Positions 30,001 to 45,000 of a DNA stretch of 64,000 nucleotides are shown here, piece by piece (position 1 is the stretch's first letter; each line of letters begins with the position of its first letter). This DNA comes from Auanema rhodensis (taxonomy: Eukaryota > Animalia > Nematoda): the NCBI GenBank assembly GCA_964057225.1, contig CAXKVF010000077.1:434001-498000 (forward strand), given 5' to 3'. The notes under the pieces are model-generated. The model was not told where the DNA came from, did no database searches, and saw only the letters and a program-made list of their open reading frames with translations. Both the position numbers and the translations under genes were made by a program.

Positions 30001-33000
30001 AAATTAAAGTTCACGTAAATTTCAAAGTCATGGTTACCATGCACCAATATCAATAAAAATTTGTTTTTAGACTAATATGGACATGGGGAATCTAATTTTG
30101 AAAACCGCATCTCTTTATCTTTCACGTGAAGCGAGTTACATACCAAGTGCACATCACGTGTACATTTAATTAGCATAAATTAAAGTTCACGTAAATTTCA
30201 AAGTCATGGTTACCATGAACCAATATCAATAAAAATTTGTTTTTAGACTAATATGGACATGGGGAATCTAATTTTGAAAACCGCATCTCTTTATCTTTCA
30301 CGTGAAGCGAGTTACATACCAAGTGCACATCACGTGTACATTTAATTAGCATAAATTAAAGTTCACGTAACTTTCAAAGTCATGGTTACCATGCACCAAT
30401 ATCAATAAAAATTTGTTTTTAGACTAATATGGACATGGGGAATATAATTTTGAAAACCGCATCTCTTTATCTTTCACGTGAAGCGAGTTTCATACCAAGT
30501 GCACATCACGTGTACATTTAATTAGCATAAATTAAAGTTCACGTAAATTTCAAAGTCATGGTTACCATGCACCAATATCAATAAAAATTTGTTTTTAGAC
30601 TAATATGGACATGGGGAATCTAATTTTGAAAACCGCATCTCTTTATCTTTCACGTGAAGCGAGTTACATACCAAGTGCACATCACGTGTACATTTAATTA
30701 GCATAAATTAAAGTTCACGTAAATTTCAAAGTCATGGTTACCATGAAGCAATATCAATAAAAATTTGTTTTTAGACTAATATGGACATGGGGAATCTAAT
30801 TTTGAAAACCGCATCTCTTTATCTTTCACGTGAAGCGAGTTACATACCAAGTGCACATCACGTGTACATTTAATTAGCATAAATTAAAGTTCACGTAAAT
30901 TTCAAAGTCATGGTTACCATGAACCAATATCAATAAAAATTTGTTTTCAAACTAATATGGACATGGGGAATCTAATTTTGAAAACCGCATCTCTTTATCT
31001 TTCACGTGAAGCGAGTTACATACCAAGTGCACATCACGTGTACATTTAATTAGCATAAATTAAAATTCACGTAAATTTCAAAGTCATGGTTACCATGCAC
31101 CAATATCAATAAAAATTTGTTTTTAGACTAATATGGACATGGGGAATCTAATTTTGAAAACCGCATCTCTTTATCTTTCACGTGAAGCGAGTTACATACC
31201 AAGTGCACATCACGTGTACATTTAATTAGCATAAATTAAAGTTCACGTAAATTTCAAAGTCATGGTTACCATGAACCAATATCAATAAAAATTTGTTTTC
31301 AGACTAATATGGACATGGGGAATCTAATTTTGAAAACCGCATCTCTTTATCTTTCACGTGAAGCGAGTTACATACCAAGTGCACATCACGTGTACATTTA
31401 ATTAGCATAAATTAAAGTTCACGTAAATTTCAAAGTCATGGTTACCATGAACCAATATCAATAAAAATTTGTTTTTAGACTAATATGGACATGGGGAATC
31501 TAATTTTGAAAACCGCATCTCTTTATCTTTCACGTGAAGCGAGTTACATACCAAGTGCCCATCACGTGTACATTTAATTAGCATAAATTAAAGTTCACGT
31601 AAATTTCAAAGTCATGGTTACCATGCACCAATATCAATAAAAATTTGTTTTTAGACTAATATGGACATGGGGTATCTAATTTTGAAAACCGCATCTCGTT
31701 ATCTTTCACGTGAAGCGAGTTACATACCAAGTGCACATCACGTGTACATTTAATTAGCATAAATTAAAGTTCACGTAAATTTCAAAGTCATGGTTACCAT
31801 GCACCAATATCAATAAAAATTTGTTTTTAGACTAATATGGACATGGGGAATCTAATTTTGAAAGACGCATCTCTTTATCTTTCACGTGAAGCGAGTTACA
31901 TACCAAGTGCACATCACGTGTACATTTAATTAGCATAAATTAAAGTTCACGTAAATTTCAAAGTCATGGTTACCATGAACCAATATCAATAAAAATTTGT
32001 TTTTAGATTAATATGGACATGGGGAATCTAATTTTGAAAACCGCATCTCTTTATCTTTCACGTGAAGCGAGTTACATACCAAGTGCCCATCACGTGTACA
32101 TTTAATTAGCATAAATTAAAGTTCACGTAAATTTCAAAGTCATGGTTACCATGCACCAATATCAATAAAAATTTGTTTTTAGACTAATATGGACATGGGG
32201 AATCTAATTTTGAAAACCGCATCTCCTTATCTTTCACGTGAAGCGAGTTACATACCAAGTGCACATCACGTGTACATTTAATTAGCATAAATTAAAGTTC
32301 ACGTAAATTTCAAAGTCATGGTTACCATGCACCAATATCAATAAAAATTTGTTTTTAGACTAATATGGACATGGGGAATCTAATTTTGAAAACCGCATCT
32401 CTTCATCTTTCACGTGAAGCGAGTTACATACCAAGTGCACATCACGTGTACATTTAATTAGCATAAATTAAAGTTCACGTAAATTTCAAAGTCATGGTTA
32501 CCATGCACCAATGTCAATAAAAATTTGTTTTTAGACTAATATGGACATGGGGAATCTAATTTTGAAAACCGCATCTCTTCATCTTTCACGTGAAGCGAGT
32601 TACATACCAAGTGCACATCACGTGTACATTTAATTAGCATAAATTAAAGTTCACGTAAATTTCAAAGTCATGGTTACCATGCACCAATATCAATAAAAAT
32701 TTGTTTTTAGACTAATATGGACATGGGGAATCTAATTTTGAAAACCGCATCTCTTCATCTTTCACGTGAAGCGAGTTACATACCAAGTGCACATCACGTG
32801 TACATTTAATTAGCATAAATTAAAGTTCACGTAAATTTCAAAGTCATGGTTACCATGCACCAATATCAATAAAAATTTGTTTTTAGACTAATATGGACAT
32901 GGGGAATCTAATTTTGAAAACCGCATCTCTCTATCTTTCACGTGAAGCGAGTTACATACCAAGTGCACATCACGTGTACATTTAATTAGCATAAATTAAA

Positions 33001-36000
33001 GTTCACGTAAATTTCAAAGTCATGGTTACCATGAACCAATATCAATAAAAATTTGTTTTTAGACTAATATGGACATGGGGAATCTAATTTTGAAAACCGC
33101 ATCTCTTTATCTTTCACGTGAAGCGAGTTACATACCAAGTGCACATCACGTGTACATTTAATTAGCTTAAATTAAAGTTCACGTAAATTTCAAAGTCATG
33201 GTTACCATGAACCAATATCAATAAAAATTTGTTTTTAGACTAATATGGACATGGGGAATCTAATTTTGAAAACCGCATCTTTTTATCTTTCACGTGAAGC
33301 GAGTTACATACCAAGTGCACATCACGTGTACATTTAATTAGCATAAATTAAAGTTCACGTAAATTTCAAAGTCATGGTTACCATGCACCAATATCAATAA
33401 AAATTTGTTTTTAGACTAATATGGACATGGGGAATCTAATTTTGAAAACCGCATCTCTTTATCTTTCACGTGAAGCGAGTTACATACCAAGTGCACATCA
33501 CGTGTACATTTAATTAGCATAAATTAAAGTTCACGTAAATTTCAAAGTCATGGTTACCATGCACCAATATCAATAAAAATTTGTTTTTAGACTAATATGG
33601 ACATGGGGAATCTAATTTTGAAAACCGCATCTCTTTATCTTTCACGTGAAGCGAGTTACATACCAAGTGCACATCACGTGTACATTTAATTAGCATAAAT
33701 TAAAGTTCACGTAAATTTCAAAGTCATGGTTACCATGAACCAATATCAATAAAAATTTGTTTTTAGACTAATATGGACATGGGGAATCTAATTTTGAAAA
33801 CCGCATCTCTTTATCTTTCACGTGAAGCGAGTTACATACCAAGTGCACATCACGTATACATTTAATTAGCATAAATTAAAGTTCACGTAAATTTCAAAGT
33901 CATGGTTACCATGAACCAATATCAATAAAAATTTGTTTTTAGACTAATATGGACATGGGGAATCTAATTTTGAAAACCGCATCTCTTTATCTTTCACGTG
34001 AAGCGAGTTACATACCAAGTGCACATCACGTGTACATTTAATTAGCATAAATTAAAGTTCACGTAAATTTCAAAGTCATGGTTACCATGCACCAATATCG
34101 ATAAAAATTTGTTTTTAGACTAATATGGACATGGGGAATCTAATTTTGAAAACCGCATCTCTTTATCTTTCACGTGAAGCGAGTTACATACCAAGTGCAC
34201 ATCACGTGTACATTTAATTAGCATAAATTAAAGTTCACGTAAATTTCAAAGTCATGGTTACCATGAACCAATATCAATAAAAATTTGTTTTTAGACTAAT
34301 ATGGACATGGGGAATCTAATTTTGAAAACCGCATCTCTTTATCTTTCACGTGAAGCGAGTTACATACCAAGTGCACATCACGTGTACATTTAATTAGCAT
34401 AAATTAAAGTTCACGTAAATTTCAAAGTCATGGTTACCATGAACCAATATCAATAAAAATTTGTTTTTAGACTAATATGGACATGGGGAATCTAATTTTG
34501 AAAACCGCATCTCTTTATCTTTCACGTGAAGCGAGTTACATACCAAGTGCCCATCACGTGTACATTTAATTAGCATAAATTAAAGTTCACGTAAATTTCA
34601 AAGTCATGGTTACCATGCACCAATATCAATAAAAATTTGTTTTTAGACTAATATGGACATGGGGAATCTAATTTTGAAAATCGCATCTCGTTATCTTTCA
34701 CGTGAAGCGAGTTACATACCAAGTGCACATCACGTGTACATTTAATTAGCATAAATTAAATTTCACGTAAATTTCAAAGTCATGGTTACCATGCACCAAT
34801 ATCAATAAAAATTTGTTTTTAGACTAATATGGACATGGGGAATCTAATTTTGAAAACCGCATCTCTTTATCTTTCACGTGAAGCGAGTTACATACCAAGT
34901 GCACATCACGTGTACATTTAATTAGCATAAATTAAAGTTCACGTAAATTTCAAAGTCATGGTTACCATGCACCAATATCAATAAAAATTTGTTTTTAGAC
35001 TAATATGGACATGGGGAATCTAATTTTGAAAACCGCATCTCTTTATCTTTCACGTGAAGCGAGTTACATACCAAGTGCACATCACGTGTACATTTAATTA
35101 GCATAAATTAAAGTTCACGTAAATTTCAAAGTCATGGTTACCATGAACCAATATCAATAAAAATTTGTTTTTAGACTAATATGGACATGGGGAATCTAAT
35201 TTTGAAAACCGCATCTCTTTATCTTTCACGTGAAGCGAGTTACATACCAAGTGCACATCACGTATACATTTAATTAGCATAAATTAAAGTTCACGTAAAT
35301 TTCAAAGTCATGGTTACCATGAACCAATATCAATAAAAATTTGTTTTTAGACTAATATGGACATGGGGAATCTAATTTTGAAAACCGCATCTCTTTATCT
35401 TTCACGTGAAGCGAGTTACATACCAAGTGCACATCACGTGTACATTTAATTAGCATAAATTAAAGTTCACGTAAATTTCAAAGTCATGGTTACCATGCAC
35501 CAATATCGATAAAAATTTGTTTTTAGACTAATATGGACATGGGGAATCTAATTTTGAAAACCGCATCTCTTTATCTTTCACGTGAAGCGAGTTACATACC
35601 AAGTGCACATCACGTGTACATTTAATTAGCATAAATTAAAGTTCACGTAAATTTCAAAGTCATGGTTACCATGAACCAATATCAATAAAAATTTGTTTTT
35701 AGACTAATATGGACATGGGGAATCTAATTTTGAAAACCGCATCTCTTCATCTTTCACGTGAAGCGAGTTACATACCAAGTGCACATCACGTGTACATTTA
35801 ATTAGCATAAATTAAAGTTCACGTAAATTTCAAAGTCATGGTTACCATGCACCAATATCAATAAAAATTTGTTTTTAGACTAATATGGACATGGGGAATC
35901 TAATTTTGAAAACCGCATCTCTTTATCTTTCACGTGAAGCGAGTTACATACCAAGTGCCCATCACGTGTACATTTAATTAGCATAACTTAAAGTTCACGT

Positions 36001-39000
36001 AAATTTCAAAGTCATGGTTACCATGCACCAATATCAATAAAAATTTGTTTTTAGACTAATATGGACATGGGGAATCTAATTTTGAAAACCGCATCTCTTT
36101 ATCTTTCACGTGAAGCGAGTTACATACCAAGTGCACATCACGTGTACATTTAATTAGCATAAATTAAAGTTCACGTAAATTTCAAAGTCATGGTTACCAT
36201 GCACCAATATCGATAAAAATTTGTTTTTAGACTAATATGGACATGGGGAATCTAATTTTGAAAACCGCATCTCTTTATCTTTCACGTGAAGCGAGTTACA
36301 TACCAAGTGCACATCACGTGTACATTTAATTAGCATAAATTAAAGTTCACGTAAATTTCAAAGTCATGGTTACCATGAACCAATATCAATAAAAATTTGT
36401 TTTTAGACTAATATGGACATGGGGAATCTAATTTTGAAAACCGCATCTCTTCATCTTTCACGTGAAGCGAGTTACATACCAAGTGCACATCACGTGTACA
36501 TTTAATTAGCATAAATTAAAGTTCACGTAAATTTCAAAGTCATGGTTACCATGCACCAATATCAATAAAAATTTGTTTTTAGACTAATATGGACATGGGG
36601 AATCTAATTTTGAAAACCGCATCTCTTTATCTTTCACGTGAAGCGAGTTACATACCAAGTGCCCATCACGTGTACATTTAATTAGCATAAATTAAAGTTC
36701 ACGTAAATTTCAAAGTCATGGTTACCATGCACCAATATCAATAAAAATTTGTTTTTAGACTAATATGGACATGGGGAATCTAATTTTGAAAACCGCATCT
36801 CTTTATCTTTCACGTGAAGCGAGTTACATACCAAGTGCACATCACGTGTACATTTAATTAGCATAAATTAAAGTTCACGTAAATTTCAAAGTCATGGTTA
36901 CCATGCACCAATATCAATAAAAATTTGTTTTTAGACTAATATGGACATGGGGAATCTAATTTTGAAAACCGCATCTCTTTATCTTTCACGTGAAGCGAGT
37001 TACATACCAAGTGCACATCACGTGTACATTTAATTAGCATAAATTAAAGTTCACGTAAATTTCAAAGTCATGGTTACCATGAACCAATATTAATAAAAAT
37101 TTGTTTTTAGACTAATATGGACATGGGGAATCTAATTTTGAAAACCGCATCTCTTTATCTTTCACGTGAAGCGAGTTACATACCAAGTGCACATCACGTG
37201 TACATTTAATTAGCATAAATTAAAGTTCACGTAAATTTCAAAGTCATGGTTACCATGAACCAATATCAATAAAAATTTGTTTTTAGACTAATATCGACAT
37301 GGGGAATCTAATTTTGAAAACCGCATCTCTTTATCTTTCACGTGAAGCGAGTTACATACCAAGTGCCCATCACGTGTACATTTAATTAGCATAAATTAAA
37401 GTTCACGTAAATTTCAAAGTCATGGTTACCATGCACCAATATCAATAAAAATTTGTTTTTAGACTAATATGGACATGGGGAATCTAATTTTGAAAACCGC
37501 ATCTCCTTATCTTTCACATGAAGCGAGTTACATACCAAGTGCACATCACGTGTACTATTAATTAGCATAAATTAAAGTTCACGTAAATTTCAAAGTCATG
37601 GTTACCATGCACCAATATCAATAAAAATTTGTTTTTAGACTAATATGGACATGGGGAATCTAATTTTGAAAACCGCATCTCTTCATCTTTCACGTGAAGC
37701 GAGTTACATACCAAGTGCACATCACGTGTACATTTAATTAGCATAAATTAAAGTTCACGTAAATTTCAAAGTCATGGTTACCATGCACCAATATCAATAA
37801 AAATTTGTTTTTAGACTAATATGGACATGGGGAATCTAATTTTGAAAACCGCATCTCTTTATCTTTCACGTGAAGCGAGTTACATACCAAGTGCACATCA
37901 CGTGTACATTTAATTAGCATAAATTAAAGTTCACGTAAATTTCAAAGTCATGGTTACCATGCACCAATGTCAATAAAAATTTGTTTTTAGACTAATATGG
38001 ACATGGGGAATCTAATTTTGAAAACCGCATCTCTTCATCTTTCACGTGAAGCGAGTTACATACCAAGTGCACATCACGTGTACATTTAATTAGCATAAAT
38101 TAAAGTTCACGTAAATTTCAAAGTCATGGTTACCATGCACCAATATCAATAAAAATTTGTTTTTAGACTAATATGGACATGGGGAATCTAATTTTGAAAA
38201 CCGCATCTCTTCATCTTTCACGTGAAGCGAGTTACATACCAAGTGCACATCACGTGTACATTTAATTAGCATAAATTAAAGTTCACGTAAATTTCAAAGT
38301 CATGGTTACCATGCACCAATATCAATAAAAATTTGTTTTTAGACTAATATGGACATGGGGAATCTAATTTTGAAAACCGCATCTCCTTATCTTTCACGTG
38401 AAGCGAGTTACATACCAAGTGCACATCACGTGTACATTTAATTAGCATAAATTAAAGTTCACGTAAATTTCAAAGTCATGGTTACCATGCACCAATATCA
38501 ATAAAAATTTGTTTTTAGACTAATATGGACATGGGGAATCTAATTTTGAAAACCGCATCTCTTCATCTTTCACGTGAAGCGAGTTACATACCAAGTGCAC
38601 ATCACGTGTACATTTAATTAGCATAAATTAAAGTTCACGTAAATTTCAAAGTCATGGTTACCATGAACCAATATCAATAAAAATTTGTTTTTAGACTAAT
38701 ATGGACATGGGGAATCTAATTTTGAAAACCGCATCTCTTCATCTTTCACGTGAAGCGAGTTACATACCAAGTGCACATCACGTGTACATTTAATTAGCAT
38801 AAATTAAAGTTCACGTAAATTTCAAAGTCATGGTTACCATGCACCAATATCAATAAAAATTTGTTTTTAGACTAATATGGACATGGGGAATCTAATTTTG
38901 AAAACCGCATCTCTTCATCTTTCACGTGAAGCGAGTTACATACCAAGTGCACATCACGTGTACATTTAATTAGCATAAATTAAAGTTCACGTAAATTTCA

Positions 39001-42000
39001 AAGTCATGGTTACCATGCACCAATATCAATAAAAATTTGTTTTTAGACTAATATGGACATGGGGAATCTAATTTTGAAAACCGCATCTCTCTATCTTTCA
39101 CGTGAAGCGAGTTACATACCAAGTGCACATCACGTGTACATTTAATTAGCATAAATTAAAGTTCACGTAAATTTCAAAGTCATGGTTACCATGCACCAAT
39201 ATCAATAAAAATTTGTTTTTAGACTAATATGGACATGGGGAATCTAATTTTGAAAACCGCATCTTTTTATCTTTCACGTGAAGCGAGTTACATACCAAGT
39301 GCACATCACGTGTACATTTAATTAGCATAAATTAAAGTTCACGTAAATTTCAAAGTCATGGTTACCATGCACCAATATCAATAAAAATTTGTTTTTAGAC
39401 TAATATGGACATGGGGAATCTAATTTTGAAAACCGCATCTCTTTATCTTTCACGTGAAGCGAGTTACATACCAAGTGCACATCACGTGTACATTTAATTA
39501 GCATAAATTAAAGTTCACGTAAATTTCAAAGTCATGGTTACCATGAACCAATATCAATAAAAATTTGTTTTTAGACTAATATGGACATGGGGAATCTAAT
39601 TTTGAAAACCGCATCTCTTTATCTTTCACGTGAAGCGAGTTACATACCAAGTGCACATCACGTATACATTTAATTAGCATAAATTAAAGTTCACGTAAAT
39701 TTCAAAGTCATGGTTACCATGAACCAATATCAATAAAAATTTGTTTTTAGACTAATATGGACATGGGGAATCTAATTTTGAAAACCGCATCTCTTTATCT
39801 TTCACGTGAAGCGAGTTACATACCAAGTGCACATCACGTGTACATTTAATTAGCATAAATTAAAGTTCACGTAAATTTCAAAGTCATGGTTACCATGCAC
39901 CAATATCGATAAAAATTTGTTTTTAGACTAATATGGACATGGGGAATCTAATTTTGAAAACCGCATCTCTTTATCTTTCACGTGAAGCGAGTTACATACC
40001 AAGTGCACATCACGTGTACATTTAATTAGCATAAATTAAAGTTCACGTAAATTTCAAAGTCATGGTTACCATGAACCAATATCAATAAAAATTTGTTTTT
40101 AGACTAATATGGACATGGGGAATCTAATTTTGAAAACCGCATCTCTTTATCTTTCACGTGAAGCGAGTTACATACCAAGTGCACATCACGTGTACATTTA
40201 ATTAGCATAAATTAAAGTTCACGTAAATTTCAAAGTCATGGTTACCATGAACCAATATCAATAAAAATTTGTTTTTAGACTAATATGGACATGGGGAATC
40301 TAATTTTGAAAACCGCATCTCTTTATCTTTCACGTGAAGCGAGTTACATACCAAGTGCCCATCACGTGTACATTTAATTAGCATAAATTAAAGTTCACGT
40401 AAATTTCAAAGTCATGGTTACCATGCACCAATATCAATAAAAATTTGTTTTTAGACTAATATGGACATGGGGAATCTAATTTTGAAAATCGCATCTCGTT
40501 ATCTTTCACGTGAAGCGAGTTACATACCAAGTGCACATCACGTGTACATTTAATTAGCATAAATTAAATTTCACGTAAATTTCAAAGTCATGGTTACCAT
40601 GCACCAATATCAATAAAAATTTGTTTTTAGACTAGTATGGACATGGGGAATCTAATTTTGAAAACCGCATCTCTTTATCTTTCACGTGAAGCGAGTTACA
40701 TACCAAGTGCACATCACGTGTACATTTAATTAGCATAAATTAAAGTTCACGTAAATTTCAAAGTCATGGTTACCATGCACCAATATCAATAAAAATTTGT
40801 TTTTAGACTAATATGGACATGGGGAATCTAATTTTGAAAACCGCATCTCTTTATCTTTCACGTGAAGCGAGTTACATACCAAGTGCACATCACGTGTACA
40901 TTTAATTAGCATAAATTAAAGTTCACGTAAATTTCAAAGTCATGGTTACCATGAACCAATATCAATAAAAATTTGTTTTTAGACTAATATGGACATGGGG
41001 AATCTAATTTTGAAAACCGCATCTCTTTATCTTTCACGTGAAGCGAGTTACATACCAAGTGCACATCACGTATACATTTAATTAGCATAAATTAAAGTTC
41101 ACGTAAATTTCAAAGTCATGGTTACCATGAACCAATATCAATAAAAATTTGTTTTTAGACTAATATGGACATGGGGAATCTAATTTTGAAAACCGCATCT
41201 CTTTATCTTTCACGTGAAGCGAGTTACATACCAAGTGCACATCACGTATACATTTAATTAGCATAAATTAAAGTTCACGTAAATTTCAAAGTCATGGTTA
41301 CCATGAACCAATATCAATAAAAATTTGTTTTTAGACTAATATGGACATGGGGAATCTAATTTTGAAAACCGCATCTCTTTATCTTTCACGTGAAGCGAGT
41401 TACATACCAAGTGCACATCACGTGTACATTTAATTAGCATAAATTAAAGTTCACGTAAATTTCAAAGTCATGGTTACCATGCACCAATATCGATAAAAAT
41501 TTGTTTTTAGACTAATATGGACATGGGGAATCTAATTTTGAAAACCGCATCTCTTTATCTTTCACGTGAAGCGAGTTACATACCAAGTGCACATCACGTG
41601 TACATTTAATTAGCATAAATTAAAGTTCACGTAAATTTCAAAGTCATGGTTACCATGCACCAATATCAATAAAAATTTGTTTTTAGACTAATATGGACAT
41701 GGGGAATCTAATTTTGAAAACCGCATCTCCTTATCTTTCACGTGAAGCGAGTTACATACCAAGTGCACATCACGTGTACATTTAATTAGCATAAATTAAA
41801 GTTCACGTAAATTTCAAAGTCATGGTTACCATGCACCAATATCAATAAAAATTTGTTTTTAGACTAATATGGACATGGGGAATCTAATTTTGAAAACCGC
41901 ATCTCTTCATCTTTCACGTGAAGCGAGTTACATACCAAGTGCACATCACGTGTACATTTAATTAGCATAAATTAAAGTTCACGTAAATTTCAAAGTCATG

Positions 42001-45000
42001 GTTACCATGAACCAATATCAATAAAAATTTGTTTTTAGACTAATATGGACATGGGGAATCTAATTTTGAAAACCGCATCTCTTCATCTTTCACGTGAAGC
42101 GAGTTACATACCAAGTGCACATCACGTGTACATTTAATTAGCATAAATTAAAGTTCACGTAAATTTCAAAGTCATGGTTACCATGCACCAATATCAATAA
42201 AAATTTGTTTTTAGACTAATATGGACATGGGGAATCTAATTTTGAAAACCGCATCTCTTCATCTTTCACGTGAAGCGAGTTACATACCAAGTGCACATCA
42301 CGTGTACATTTAATTAGCATAAATTAAAGTTCACGTAAATTTCAAAGTCATGGTTACCATGCACCAATATCAATAAAAATTTGTTTTTAGACTAATATGG
42401 ACATGGGGAATCTAATTTTGAAAACCGCATCTCTCTATCTTTCACGTGAAGCGAGTTACATACCAAGTGCACATCACGTGTACATTTAATTAGCATAAAT
42501 TAAAGTTCACGTAAATTTCAAAGTCATGGTTACCATGCACCAATATCAATAAAAATTTGTTTTTAGACTAATATGGACATGGGGAATCTAATTTTGAAAA
42601 CCGCATCTCTTTATCTTTCACGTGAAGCGAGTTACATACCAAGTGCACATCACGTGTACATTTAATTAGCATAAATTAAAGTTCACGTAAATTTCAAAGT
42701 CATGGTTACCATGAACCAATATCAATAAAAATTTGTTTTTAGACTAATATGGACATGGGGAATCTAATTTTGAAAACCGCATCTCTTTATCTTTCACGTG
42801 AAGCGAGTTACATACCAAGTGCACATCACGTGTACATTTAATTAGCATAAATTAAAGTTCACGTAAATTTCAAAGTCATGGTTACCATGAACCAATATCA
42901 ATAAAAATTTGTTTTTAGACTAATATGGACATGGGGAATCTAATTTTGAAAACCGCATCTCTTTATCTTTCACGTGAAGCGAGTTACATACCAAGTGCCC
43001 ATCACGTGTACATTTAATTAGCATAAATTAAAGTTCACGTAAATTTCAAAGTCATGGTTACCATGCACCAATATCAATAAAAATTTGTTTTTAGACTAAT
43101 ATGGACATGGGGAATCTAATTTTGAAAATCGCATCTCGTTATCTTTCACGTGAAGCGAGTTACATACCAAGTGCACATCACGTGTACATTTAATTAGCAT
43201 AAATTAAATTTCACGTAAATTTCAAAGTCATGGTTACCATGCACCAATATCAATAAAAATTTGTTTTTAGACTAGTATGGACATGGGGAATCTAATTTTG
43301 AAAACCGCATCTCTTTATCTTTCACGTGAAGCGAGTTACATACCAAGTGCACATCACGTGTACATTTAATTAGCATAAATTAAAGTTCACGTAAATTTCA
43401 AAGTCATGGTTACCATGCACCAATATCAATAAAAATTTGTTTTTAGACTAATATGGACATGGGGAATCTAATTTTGAAAACCGCATCTCTTTATCTTTCA
43501 CGTGAAGCGAGTTACATACCAAGTGCACATCACGTGTACATTTAATTAGCATAAATTAAAGTTCACGTAAATTTCAAAGTCATGGTTACCATGAACCAAT
43601 ATCAATAAAAATTTGTTTTTAGACTAATATGGACATGGGGAATCTAATTTTGAAAACCGCATCTCTTTATCTTTCACGTGAAGCGAGTTACATACCAAGT
43701 GCACATCACGTATACATTTAATTAGCATAAATTAAAGTTCACGTAAATTTCAAAGTCATGGTTACCATGAACCAATATCAATAAAAATTTGTTTTTAGAC
43801 TAATATGGACATGGGGAATCTAATTTTGAAAACCGCATCTCTTTATCTTTCACGTGAAGCGAGTTACATACCAAGTGCACATCACGTGTACATTTAATTA
43901 GCATAAATTAAAGTTCACGTAAATTTCAAAGTCATGGTTACCATGCACCAATATCGATAAAAATTTGTTTTTAGACTAATATGGACATGGGGAATCTAAT
44001 TTTGAAAACCGCATCTCTTTATCTTTCACGTGAAGCGAGTTACATACCAAGTGCACATCACGTGTACATTTAATTAGCATAAATTAAAGTTCACGTAAAT
44101 TTCAAAGTCATGGTTACCATGCACCAATATCAATAAAAATTTGTTTTTAGACTAATATGGACATGGGGAATCTAATTTTGAAAACCGCATCTCCTTATCT
44201 TTCACGTGAAGCGAGTTACATACCAAGTGCACATCACGTGTACATTTAATTAGCATAAATTAAAGTTCACGTAAATTTCAAAGTCATGGTTACCATGCAC
44301 CAATATCAATAAAAATTTGTTTTTAGACTAATATGGACATGGGGAATCTAATTTTGAAAACCGCATCTCTTCATCTTTCACGTGAAGCGAGTTACATACC
44401 AAGTGCACATCACGTGTACATTTAATTAGCATAAATTAAAGTTCACGTAAATTTCAAAGTCATGGTTACCATGAACCAATATCAATAAAAATTTGTTTTT
44501 AGACTAATATGGACATGGGGAATCTAATTTTGAAAACCGCATCTCTTCATCTTTCACGTGAAGCGAGTTACATACCAAGTGCACATCACGTGTACATTTA
44601 ATTAGCATAAATTAAAGTTCACGTAAATTTCAAAGTCATGGTTACCATGCACCAATATCAATAAAAATTTGTTTTTAGACTAATATGGACATGGGGAATC
44701 TAATTTTGAAAACCGCATCTCTTCATCTTTCACGTGAAGCGAGTTACATACCAAGTGCACATCACGTGTACATTTAATTAGCATAAATTAAAGTTCACGT
44801 AAATTTCAAAGTCATGGTTACCATGCACCAATATCAATAAAAATTTGTTTTTAGACTAATATGGACATGGGGAATCTAATTTTGAAAACCGCATCTCTCT
44901 ATCTTTCACGTGAAGCGAGTTACATACCAAGTGCACATCACGTGTACATTTAATTAGCATAAATTAAAGTTCACGTAAATTTCAAAGTCATGGTTACCAT

